Shown: piece by piece, positions 55,504-64,000 of the stretch
Position numbering within the stretch: position 1 is the stretch's first letter
Layout of the letters: each line of letters starts with the position of its first letter
Origin: Negativicutes bacterium
GTDB taxonomy: Bacteria > Bacillota > Negativicutes > UBA1444
Direction: 5' to 3'
Assembly (NCBI GenBank): GCA_963665275.2
Contig: CAXXIN010000019.1
Span: forward strand, 160,001-224,000
DNA: 64,000 bases
Position numbers and translations under genes: made by a program
Notes under the pieces: model-generated
Told to the model about the DNA's origin: nothing
The model's input: the letters and a program-made list of their open reading frames with translations, nothing else
Databases searched by the model: none

Positions 55504-58329
55504 TTATTGATTTGTTGGCCCACTCCAGAATTCTGCCCCATTATTATACGTAAAGCTGTTCATCTGGCTGTCACCGACGCCCAGGTTCCAATCGGCAAGG
55601 GTAGCGGTGTCAAGAGAGTTGTTCACATTTCCAGTAGCTGTGGCATTACCGACGGCGTACTGCTCGTTCACCGAATTTACCAAACTTTGGTCTGAATCGG
55701 AGGGAGCATTTTGCCCTTGCTGACCACTTGAATAGGTTCGCCCTTCACGATATCCATAATTGATGTAATGATTCGTCGCCGCCACCTGATCCGCGCCGAA
55801 AGCGGCCCGCAAATCCCCGTAGTTCGCTAAATACTGCGCTGCGTCAAACCGTGTAGTGGAGCGATGTTCATTATAGCCGTTCTGGATATAGTGAGTTGCT
55901 CCCGCGGTCTGATTGGCCCCGAATGCGCTGATCAAGTCCCCGTACGATGCGATATACTCCAGTCCGTCAAAGGAAGTGGAACGGTGTTCATTATAGCCGT
56001 TCTGGATATAGTGGGTTGCTCCCGCAGTCTGATTGGCCCCGAACGCGCTGATCAAGTCTCCGTACGATGCGATATACTCCAATCCGTCAAAGGAAGTGGA
56101 ACGGTGTTCATTATAGCCGTTCTGAATATAATGAGCTGTTCCTGCGGTCTGATTCGCCCCGAACGCGCTGATCAAGTCCCTGTAAGACGCGATGTACTCC
56201 AGTCCATCAAAGGAAGTGGCACGATGCTCACTATAGCCGCTCAGAACGTAGTGAGCTGTGCCTGCCGCCTGATTTGTTCCGAAAGCGCCGATCAAATCTC
56301 CGTACGACGCGATGTACTGCAGTCCATCAAAATTGCTGTAGGATCCGCCCACTACCCGATCACTGAAATTTAATTGCTCAATGCTTGTCAGGCGATCGAG
56401 TCCTTCAATATATCTATTGTCGCCAACCCATCGGTAACCAGCATAATCAATCACTGTATAATTGGATGATGACGCAAAATAGCAGGCGGCATCATCTCCA
56501 ACGCCTCCATCAATAAAGTCGTTTCCACGCCCGCCATACAGTTGGTTCGTCAACATATTGCCGATAATAGTATCGTTCCCATCACCACCATAAGCTTTCT
56601 CAATCTTGTTTGCCGTAATAGAGAATGCCCGGCCAGCTATAGTGCTGACGCCACCGCTCAGATTGATCACGCTGTTTGATGTGACGGCGGCGGCATTAAC
56701 GCTATCCGTCCCGCCGTTTGTATCATTCAGCGCTTGACGGGCAGTCAGGTTGTTGCTGGTCGTGCCAAATTCGTTAGTATACCCGTATACGTCGTCCGCA
56801 GAGAGCGAATCGCCATACAAGCGTAGCGACCATGAGTTCAATGTTCCGATGTCGCCACCCGCCATGTCCTGAACTTTCAATGTCCAGTTTCCTGTTCCAG
56901 TTTCGCCCCAAAACTGTGTGCTGGAAGTAACAAAATTGATGTTATTTTGCGTCCCGCCAGCGCGATTAAACAGCCTGCTGACCGTACCCGTGGGAGAGGT
57001 AATCGTTACAACCAGATCTCCGATATACGGATGCGTGATCTGAAGATCAACTTCCACATGGTCAATATTAATCCCTGAGCCGACTTCGATACTACTGGTC
57101 GCACCAGCCGCATCAGCATCCGGAATCGCAAGATTCGGAGTTGCCGTTTGAAGGATAGACGCTTCATTCGATACGGTGTGCTGCCCTTGCCAGGTTTCTG
57201 CCAAACGCACTGCCGCCCGTGCATCTACCAACCCGGCGCCCACATCATCGCTGAAGTGCATTCCGCCTCCGTTCCAATGCGTCGATCCATTAAACTGAAA
57301 TGACGATGCTGTATTGGGAGTAGATCGAGCCGACAAAGCCAGAATCTCCTGTACATCACGCAATCCCAACCGAGGATTCGCCTCCAGCATCAGCGCTACT
57401 ACGCCGGAAACCATTGGCGCCGCTGCCGACGTGCCATTAAAAGTGGTGGTGTAGTCGCCGGTAGTATAGCCGGGAGTACCGCGCCGGTCGGTAGTAACGA
57501 TCGTACCTGCATAGTCACTACCCGGCGCAGCAACCAGGATTGACGCCCCTGGCGTGCTATAGGAAGCCACTGAACCATCTGCCAGCGTCGCCGCTACCGT
57601 AGTAATGAAACGGCTATTCTGGAAATTGTGATAGTTCACGTTGTCGTTATCGGGCCTCGCATTGCCTGCCGATTGCACAATAACGCAGCCTAGACCATTT
57701 CTCCCGTTGGTCGCCGCACCCGTCAGGGCCGTTGCAACCGGAGCAAAACTCGCAGACCGGAAGTCGTCGCCCATTACACCACCATAGCCCCAGGAATTAT
57801 TCTCCACATCCGCATGTCCGGTGATGTAATTATAACCGTTGACCAGTCCCTGAGTCCCACTTCCATCGGCACCAAAATGGTCATAAATTCCAATCAGGAT
57901 TGAGTCATAAGCCACTCCTACGCCACCGATCCCGTTGTTCGCAGTGGCGCCAATAATTCCCGCCACCGCCGTGCCGTGGTTGTCAGTGCTGAGTAACGGC
58001 ACTCCCCCTACGGCGCTGGTGCTAGCGTTGATACTCTGAGCGGCATCGAAATGAGTCAGATCTGGATGGTTTGGATCAATCCCCTGGTCATACACCGCCA
58101 CGCGAACGCCCCGTCCGGTATATTCATTCCAGACATCCGCTATATTGATGCCGAAAGTTCCGTTCAGATGCCATTGAGAACTGAAGAGGGGATCAGACGG
58201 AGTGAAATCAGCCTGGTTTACCGGGTCCGCGTTTGGACTGCTGCTTCCTTCCCCCCATGCGTTGCCCTCAACAGGCCCCGTCGTTGCATTCACTAGAATC
58301 TCGTTCCCCGTAATATTCTCTGTTTTCAT
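55504..58329 (-). CDS. S8 (kexin-like) serine protease with P-domain, RTX repeats and 40-aa repeats
   Basis: Triad VYDQGID / NHGTAVAG / NGTSAAAP; ITHPYIGDL..SPTG P-domain; GGDGND; [13 protein letters not shown] repeats. Confidence 0.92.
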   Translation of the reverse strand: MKTENITGNEILVNATTGPVEGNAWGEGSSSPNADPVNQADFTPSDPLFSSQWHLNGTFGINIADVWNEYTGRGVRVAVYDQGIDPNHPDLTHFDAAQSINASTSAVGGVPLLSTDNHGTAVAGIIGATANNGIGGVGVAYDSILIGIYDHFGADGSGTQGLVNGYNYITGHADVENNSWGYGGVMGDDFRSASFAPVATALTGAATNGRNGLGCVIVQSAGNARPDNDNVNYHNFQNSRFITTVAATLADGSVASYSTPGASILVAAPGSDYAGTIVTTDRRGTPGYTTGDYTTTFNGTSAAAPMVSGVVALMLEANPRLGLRDVQEILALSARSTPNTASSFQFNGSTHWNGGGMHFSDDVGAGLVDARAAVRLAETWQGQHTVSNEASILQTATPNLAIPDADAAGATSSIEVGSGINIDHVEVDLQITHPYIGDLVVTITSPTGTVSRLFNRAGGTQNNINFVTSSTQFWGETGTGNWTLKVQDMAGGDIGTLNSWSLRLYGDSLSADDVYGYTNEFGTTSNNLTARQALNDTNGGTDSVNAAAVTSNSVINLSGGVSTIAGRAFSITANKIEKAYGGDGNDTIIGNMLTNQLYGGRGNDFIDGGVGDDAACYFASSSNYTVIDYAGYRWVGDNRYIEGLDRLTSIEQLNFSDRVVGGSYSNFDGLQYIASYGDLIGAFGTNQAAGTAHYVLSGYSEHRATSFDGLEYIASYRDLISAFGANQTAGTAHYIQNGYNEHRSTSFDGLEYIASYGDLISAFGANQTAGATHYIQNGYNEHRSTSFDGLEYIASYGDLISAFGANQTAGATHYIQNGYNEHRSTTRFDAAQYLANYGDLRAAFGADQVAATNHYINYGYREGRTYSSGQQGQNAPSDSDQSLVNSVNEQYAVGNATATGNVNNSLDTATLADWNLGVGDSQMNSFTYNNGAEFWSGPTNQ
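55735..56335 (-). repeat. 120-bp tandem repeats ([18 protein letters not shown] module)
   Basis: Five copies near the protease C-terminus. Confidence 0.85.
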
Positions 58330-58598
58330 GTGTCCCTCCCCATTGTCCACCTATATATACTTCTCATATAATTTTTTTCGAGCATAATTTGGAAACCCCT
58401 GCCCAAATTAGATTATTCTTTGAATTTATTTTTCATACAAAAATCGACACCAGTCATTCGTGACCAATGTCGAGGAGACACTGATAATTTCGGGCAAAAA
58501 TAGGTTTCTATATAGGCAGTATGTGAAATTCTTGCCGAGATACTGTATAGAAAACATGAAGACAGTTTAAATCATCCCTCGGGCTTCCTCTTAGTCCC

Positions 58599-58700
58599 CT
58601 ACTCCTCATTCCACTGCAAATTACGCTGATAATTGTCACTGTAGCCTACGACCAAGTCCACCGCGTGTCCCAACAGGTGCACAGCGCATACAGCACGCCA
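58599..58700 (-). pseudogene. degenerate 3' remnant of the MORN/peptidase M15 gene
   Basis: First 20 bp identical to 32133-32152 (...QWNEE*), continued similarity, then a match to 32257-32306 after a ~75-bp deletion. Confidence 0.75.
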
Positions 58701-58723
58701 CTTACGAAACTCCCAACCAATAG

Positions 58724-59848
58724 TTATATAATACGGGAAGCGCTACTGCCAGTCCGCTTGGGTTGGGTTTCATTACCAATGACACGCCTTATGATCTCAA
58801 CAGTTCGGTTCGCTGCCTGGTCCCACAAGAACTCCATAGCCCTTTTACGGCCGCGTTTTTTGAGAATTTCACGTAGTGGATCGTCTTCCAATATCTGCCT
58901 GATCACTTCGGCCATCTCGATTGGATCTTTTGGATCAAAATAAACCGCGGCGTCCCCACAGACTTCCGGCATTGAAGCCACTCCAGAAACTGCCACAGGA
59001 CAACCGGCCGCCATTGCCTCTAGCACAGTTAACCCAAATCCTTCATAAAAGGACGGCAAAACTAATGCCCGCGCATGGGCATAATACTGTTGCAGATCTT
59101 CGAACGAAACTCTGCCAGTAAAATGCACCCGATTTCCAAGTTGTTTCGCAACCGCCATCAGTTCGGGATCTCCAGTTAAAAAGCCTCCCCGTTCACCAAC
59201 AATAACCAAATCCACATCCGTACTGTTCATAATAGTGAAATAAGCCGTAACCAAGCCCCTTAGATTTTTGTGCGGTTTTACGTTTCCAACATAAAGCAAA
59301 TATTTGCGCGCGTATGATCTTTTTCCAGATGGAATCGAAAACCACGCCTCGTCCACTCCGTTTGGGACTACATAAATACGTTCACGTTCTGCCCACGCAC
59401 CAAACAATCTTGTCAATTCATCGGCCGTAAACCGCGATACAGTCAAAACCGCCCTAGCCTTTTTCAGGGCGGCGCGAAACATTACATGCGCATACAGTTG
59501 TTTTTTACAACCCGGGAACAACTCCGGCATCGCTACATGCACCGCATCATGAATTGTCACCATTAATGGCACCCGCGAAAAAACGGGGATGTTATAGTGC
59601 GGTGCCCACAACAAGGAAGTTCCTTCGGGAATGGCCAACGCCAAATCCCACTGTTCCCTTATAGAATATATTGGCACAACTAGTGGCCTCACCGAGCAAT
59701 TATTTGCACGAACGCCGGCTAACACATCTAAATTACCCAGTAATACAAACTCTGTATCAGGCATTCGCTTAATAACGCGTGGCACCATGTTTTGAAGGTA
59801 AATGCCGATTCCTGAAGCATTCCACATCCGACAATCGATGGTAATCAT
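58724..59848 (-). CDS. glycosyltransferase family 4
   Basis: SGIG.Y, VTIHD, YVGNVKPHKN, PSFYEGFGL..LEAMAAG. Confidence 0.93.
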   Translation of the reverse strand: MITIDCRMWNASGIGIYLQNMVPRVIKRMPDTEFVLLGNLDVLAGVRANNCSVRPLVVPIYSIREQWDLALAIPEGTSLLWAPHYNIPVFSRVPLMVTIHDAVHVAMPELFPGCKKQLYAHVMFRAALKKARAVLTVSRFTADELTRLFGAWAERERIYVVPNGVDEAWFSIPSGKRSYARKYLLYVGNVKPHKNLRGLVTAYFTIMNSTDVDLVIVGERGGFLTGDPELMAVAKQLGNRVHFTGRVSFEDLQQYYAHARALVLPSFYEGFGLTVLEAMAAGCPVAVSGVASMPEVCGDAAVYFDPKDPIEMAEVIRQILEDDPLREILKKRGRKRAMEFLWDQAANRTVEIIRRVIGNETQPKRTGSSASRII

Positions 59849-60849
59849 TTGTGTGCCACCTTCATTCCGTCCGCTATGGCATGTAATAGCAATGGAATTC
59901 TTCCAAACTGCCCACGAAAGATTCGTTTTCCAAGGCTCACCAGGAGCCCTGCAAAAACAGTAACTAAACCGAAAGGAAAATATCGGCTAGTAAACAGTAC
60001 TCGATTTCGGATCATATAATAGTCGGCGGCCTCACTTTTCTTCCTGTCTGCCAATAAAGTGCTGGCACCTTCTTTATGCCAAACCAACGAACCAGGCGCG
60101 TAACTCATTTTGTATCGTCCCCGCGCTCGTTCGGCCCAGTCCAGCTCTTCAAAGTACAGAAAATAGTCCTCCGACATCATTCCAACATCCTGTAAAAAGT
60201 CACAGGAAACCAGCATAGACGCTCCATAGACAAAATTAATCTGTGTTTCGACCTGCGCTCGCAAATTTTCTTTTGAAGCAAGGCTATTCCATTCGCGCCC
60301 GTCTCCGACATGCCGGGTTCTGCCTGTCCAAAAACTGTATCTTCCGCCACCTAAACACTGCACAGTGTTAGGTCTATCCATTTGCAATACAGTTGAGCCA
60401 CATAATCCAATGTCAGCATTTTGGGTGACAACTTGCACCATTTCTCTAAGTGCTCCAGGATCAACAACTGTATCATTGTTTAGCAGCCAAACATATTGCA
60501 CAAAGTTCATTCGCAAGGCATATTTTAGCGCCCAATTATTGGCTCCGGCAAATCCGTGATTCGATGATCCTGCAATACAAGTCAGTGCACAGCATTGTGG
60601 GATTTCAGCCGACAGCAGCGCGGCATCTTTATCAGAAACACTTTGAAATGACACGTTTTCTGTCTCAGCCCACAAACGAAGCTGTTCAACTGAACCATCC
60701 TTCGATCCATTGTCGCATACCACAATAAAAAAATTCGGATAATCCAATTTTCGCAAACTTTCCAGACAAGTCAACGTATCTTGATATCGATTCCAATTCA
60801 CAATGGCAATCATTACACCTGGAAATGCAATAGTTTCCATTTTACTCAT
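59845..60849 (-). CDS. glycosyltransferase family 2
   Basis: IVNWN, DNGS.DGS, N.GFAGANN, LLNND, YFLYFEELDW. Confidence 0.92.
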   Translation of the reverse strand: MSKMETIAFPGVMIAIVNWNRYQDTLTCLESLRKLDYPNFFIVVCDNGSKDGSVEQLRLWAETENVSFQSVSDKDAALLSAEIPQCCALTCIAGSSNHGFAGANNWALKYALRMNFVQYVWLLNNDTVVDPGALREMVQVVTQNADIGLCGSTVLQMDRPNTVQCLGGGRYSFWTGRTRHVGDGREWNSLASKENLRAQVETQINFVYGASMLVSCDFLQDVGMMSEDYFLYFEELDWAERARGRYKMSYAPGSLVWHKEGASTLLADRKKSEAADYYMIRNRVLFTSRYFPFGLVTVFAGLLVSLGKRIFRGQFGRIPLLLHAIADGMKVAHK

Positions 60850-61736
60850 AAATAATTCCTGTCGTAACGAGACAATAATGCGTCATGAATACCTCGCAGG
60901 ATGAACAAAAAATTTCGCCATCGCTTTGTTTCAAATACACAGGCTTTAATAAAAATTTTCGGCAAATAATTTCCAATCATCTGCAGAGCCCACCGGGGAT
61001 CAAAATACTTATATTTCCAAACCATGAACAATGTGTTGCGGAAAATATAGTAGCGCCGTTGCGGTAAATGATTAGTCACATTGAAAGAAAAACCCAAAAT
61101 ATGCCGTGTTGATAGCCTCCCCAGCGAATGGTCCATCAATGTCGCTGATGTACGCCAAACCGAATACCCCTTCTGTCTGACACGAAAACAGAAATCCGTA
61201 TCCACCATATCAATAAAAAGCTTTTCTTCAAAGCCGCCCACAGCCGTGAATGCCTCAATCGATATTAAACTACCTGACGTGATCACTTCCCTGACTTCAA
61301 CGGCATACTCACTAATAACAACAGCATGAGCTGAACTCTGCAGTACTTGGTCAATATAATTGGGACCCAACACGGCAACTGAATGAATGCTGGTGGCAGA
61401 AATTCGGTCATATACTAGTGACATCTGCGAAATAAAATTATCATTCACGACCGTATCTTGGTCAAACGTAATGACCCATTGATACCCCAATTCTCGCGCT
61501 AACCGTATCCCTTGATTCAGGGCTTTCGCAATTCCCTGGTTTTTTTCATTTCTGACAATTCGCGGCATTCGCGAGAATAAGCCGCGGGAAAGCACAACAC
61601 AAAAGCTATCACTGGGAGTATTATCAACAATAATAGCTTCTCCCACGCCTTGTGCGAATACTCTATTCACATTCGTTACAACATCGATTGATGGTTTATA
61701 AGTAACGAAGACAGCTGCGAAACGATCAAACTGAAT
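60846..61736 (-). CDS. glycosyltransferase family 2 (rhamnosyltransferase-like), probable ATT start
   Basis: AAVFVTYKP lies upstream of the tracked GTG 61670; IVDN, N.GIAKALNQG, FDQDT, ITSGSL, LFIDMVD, RRYY..RN. Confidence 0.88.
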   Translation of the reverse strand: MQFDRFAAVFVTYKPSIDVVTNVNRVFAQGVGEAIIVDNTPSDSFCVVLSRGLFSRMPRIVRNEKNQGIAKALNQGIRLARELGYQWVITFDQDTVVNDNFISQMSLVYDRISATSIHSVAVLGPNYIDQVLQSSAHAVVISEYAVEVREVITSGSLISIEAFTAVGGFEEKLFIDMVDTDFCFRVRQKGYSVWRTSATLMDHSLGRLSTRHILGFSFNVTNHLPQRRYYIFRNTLFMVWKYKYFDPRWALQMIGNYLPKIFIKACVFETKRWRNFLFILRGIHDALLSRYDRNYL

Positions 61737-61984
61737 AGTTGCTCACCCCCAAGCGTGAATCCCTGACGTTACCAGTATTCAGTAGCCAGGCATAATCCTC
61801 GTATACTAACGCGCTCACAGTTAGGCGGTCATTTTCATTTGCTGCGGTGGTAGATACCCATTCGTTTCACGACTGCGCTGACGGTTATAAAATAATTTGA
61901 TTTATTCAAGCATTCGTCGTTTGCGGGAGATGTCTGTCCGATGGTTTAGTCCAAACCGTCAATCAAATACTCACTTGAAATTCA

Positions 61985-62920
61985 CTATGAATCGAAATTG
62001 ATCCGTTCCTTCTCTACCACCAACGGTCTCTTTTGCACCTGCGTATAAATCGCACCGACATACTCCCCCATAATCCCAATGAAAAACAATTGCACCGAAG
62101 AAAAAAAGAAAAGTCCGATGATGACCGGCGCCATCCCCAAGCTGAATTCATCCCAATATAACAGCTTGGCTATAAGATAGCTAAAAGCAATGAGAAGGCT
62201 AATCGCCGACATAAAAAAACCTGCCATCGCAGCCAAACGCAAAGGGACTTTCGAGTGATTCGTGATTCCAAGCATAGCGATATCATATAAAGTATAAAAA
62301 TTATTCGCGGTAACTCCGCGTTTGCGAGCAGGTTGAACGTAATTAATCTTATAACTTTCAAAGCCAATATCGGAAATGAGCCCTCGAAAGTAGGGATACG
62401 GATCGTCTATCTGCCGCAGAATTGCAATGACTTTTTGGTCATAGAGTCCAAATCCCGTGTTATTTTTGGTTAAGTCGATATCAGAAACCCGGTTAATAAA
62501 ATCATAATACATCTTCCGAATTGCAAACATGAGAGGAGATTCCTGGCTTTCATTTTTCACGCCCAAAACGACTTTATAGCCGTCCTCCCATTTCTTAATG
62601 AAATCAGCAATCATCCCTGGCGGATCCTGCAAATCTGCCACCACCAAAATTACCGCGTCGCCCTGAGACTGCAGCAATGCATGGTAAGGTGAGCGAATGT
62701 GGCCAAAGTTTCTGGCATTGACAATAATTTTTACGTTTTTATCTGTTGCGGCGATTTCTTTTAAAATCCTGACCGTCTGATCTTTAGAAGCATTATCAAT
62801 AAAAATGTGTTCATATTTATATTCGGTTAGCGCACCCAAAACCGCCTTCACTTGTCGGTACAATTCTGCGACATTCAGTTCTTCATTGTAACAAGGAGTT
62901 ACTATACTGATAAGCTTCAC
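61985..62920 (-). CDS. polyprenol-phosphate glycosyltransferase (GT2, GtrB/ArnC-like)
   Basis: ISIVTPCYNEE, RNFG, ADLQDPP, two C-terminal TMs, GEYVG. Confidence 0.92.
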   Translation of the reverse strand: MKLISIVTPCYNEELNVAELYRQVKAVLGALTEYKYEHIFIDNASKDQTVRILKEIAATDKNVKIIVNARNFGHIRSPYHALLQSQGDAVILVVADLQDPPGMIADFIKKWEDGYKVVLGVKNESQESPLMFAIRKMYYDFINRVSDIDLTKNNTGFGLYDQKVIAILRQIDDPYPYFRGLISDIGFESYKINYVQPARKRGVTANNFYTLYDIAMLGITNHSKVPLRLAAMAGFFMSAISLLIAFSYLIAKLLYWDEFSLGMAPVIIGLFFFSSVQLFFIGIMGEYVGAIYTQVQKRPLVVEKERINFDS

Positions 62921-63300
62921 TTTTTCACCTCAAACACGAACTTCTTATTCAAGACATACGACAATAGCGCCAGCGGCAGCAAAACCACAGCGCCGGCGGC
63001 ATACATATCGACGGAGTATCCATCCATGATTTTCAACAGGCCCACATTGCACCCATAAATTATGCCATAGACCAAAAAAAACTTACCGATCAAAGAATTT
63101 TTGCGATTATTAAATACATAACGACCTGTGGTCACAAAATTAAAAAGCACACCCACGATAGTCGCCAGTAGTGATGCTAAGGCATAATGGATTCCTAAAA
63201 AAATGAACAATGCAAAGATGGAATAACCGAATAACGTATTGACTGCGCCGATAATCAGAAAGCGAACAAAAGCACTATTTCGCAAAATCAATCGTTTCAA
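62917..63300 (-). CDS. GtrA family flippase-like protein
   Basis: RFLIIGAVNT, 4 TMs, SYVLNKKFVF. Confidence 0.88.
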   Translation of the reverse strand: MKRLILRNSAFVRFLIIGAVNTLFGYSIFALFIFLGIHYALASLLATIVGVLFNFVTTGRYVFNNRKNSLIGKFFLVYGIIYGCNVGLLKIMDGYSVDMYAAGAVVLLPLALLSYVLNKKFVFEVKK

Positions 63301-64000
63301 CTATATCAATCAACATTTGTTCTTTTAACTCGCTGCGCTCCAAATACGGCAGCATATCTTCAATCGGTCGATTCACAACCAGTTTCGGATTCACCTCTGT
63401 GGCCAATTCCAGAGAGATATTGATAAATGCAGATTCATTGCCGGCGAATGCTTGTGCAAAAGTCGTCTCCACATCGTCCCACGTATCGATATGATAAGTG
63501 GAAATGCCGTAAGCTTCGGCAACCTTCAACAAGTTCGGGCAACTATACCCTACAACTGTAGATTGGCGTCGACCGTCAAAATACAAGTCCTGAAATTGCC
63601 GTACCATTCCAAGACAGCCATTATTAAAAATAACAATTTTAATCGGGAGTTGTCGCTGAGCCACCAGATCCAGCTCCTGAATATTCACCTGGATTCCGCC
63701 ATCGCCCGCAATTACAATACCCCGCCTGTCTTTCGCGGCGATAACGGCGCCGATTGCCGCCGGCAAGGCAAACCCCATGGCGCCCATTCCTCCGGAAATC
63801 AACATGCGCTGTTGCTTCTTCAAGCGGAAAGATTGAGCCGCCCACATTTGATGTTGCCCAACATCCAAGCAGACAATATCTCCTTCCTGGGCGTACTGCG
63901 ACATTAATTCCATCAGCCGGTTCGGTTCTAGCTGCTTCGTCGGCGAGTCCACTTTGGACCGCGTCGGATATTTGATCTTATAGGAATGAATTCGCTCAAC
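63275..64000 (-). CDS. thiamine-pyrophosphate-binding protein (acetolactate synthase-like), 5' part outside window
   Basis: DVGQHQMWAAQ, SGGMGAMGFALP, GDGG...NN..LGMVRQFQ. Confidence 0.88.
   Translation of the reverse strand, partial: VERIHSYKIKYPTRSKVDSPTKQLEPNRLMELMSQYAQEGDIVCLDVGQHQMWAAQSFRLKKQQRMLISGGMGAMGFALPAAIGAVIAAKDRRGIVIAGDGGIQVNIQELDLVAQRQLPIKIVIFNNGCLGMVRQFQDLYFDGRRQSTVVGYSCPNLLKVAEAYGISTYHIDTWDDVETTFAQAFAGNESAFINISLELATEVNPKLVVNRPIEDMLPYLERSELKEQMLIDIVETIDFAK

Noticed and set aside
54180-56335. Regularly spaced DNA repeats as a possible CRISPR array
   Set aside because: 120-bp in-frame coding repeats with no unique spacers and no cas genes.
58330-58598. Possible third riboswitch upstream of the S8 protease
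   Set aside because: Lacks the GGUCACUUG/UAGUGAG core; only an imperfect hairpin near 58443-58473.
61750-61984. 235-bp intergenic region in the GT cluster as a possible leader RNA or ops/JUMPstart element
   Set aside because: Only a short hairpin was seen and no recognisable motif on the coding strand.

Overview
The window looks like a diderm Firmicute (Negativicutes/Sporomusaceae-like). This is inferred from Bacillus-type flagellar gene order occurring alongside a secretin, a type I secretion system (T1SS) and LPS-type glycosyltransferases. Almost all genes are on the minus strand. (1) 1-12.4 kb: flagellin-glycosylation genes (neuC, neuB, N-acetyl-sugar amidotransferase, maf), then hag-csrA-fliW-yviE-flgL-flgK-flgN-flgM-yvyF, with sigma28 promoters and a CsrA hairpin. 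(2) 12.6-19 kb: HD-GYP, comF-recD2, a DegU-like regulator and a secretin pair. (3) 19-35 kb: sugar-nucleotide and envelope genes interrupted by a REP-associated tyrosine transposase (RAYT), a nucleotidyltransferase pair and an AbiE toxin-antitoxin module. (4) 35.7-58.3 kb: a T1SS block with two ABC transporters, HlyD, a glycosyltransferase, two large RTX proteins (one split by a 1-bp frameshift) and an S8 protease. All three secreted proteins share an unnamed 40-aa repeat and a C-terminal motif. (5) 58.7-64 kb: polysaccharide genes. The strongest candidate novelties are two. First, seven copies of a 13-bp hairpin repeat (GGTGACAGGCACC) sit at gene 3' ends, supply the stop codon in two cases, and bound the RAYT mini-island. 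Second, two c-di-GMP-II-like leader RNAs, which appear to differ at ligand-pocket positions, sit ahead of the RTX genes.
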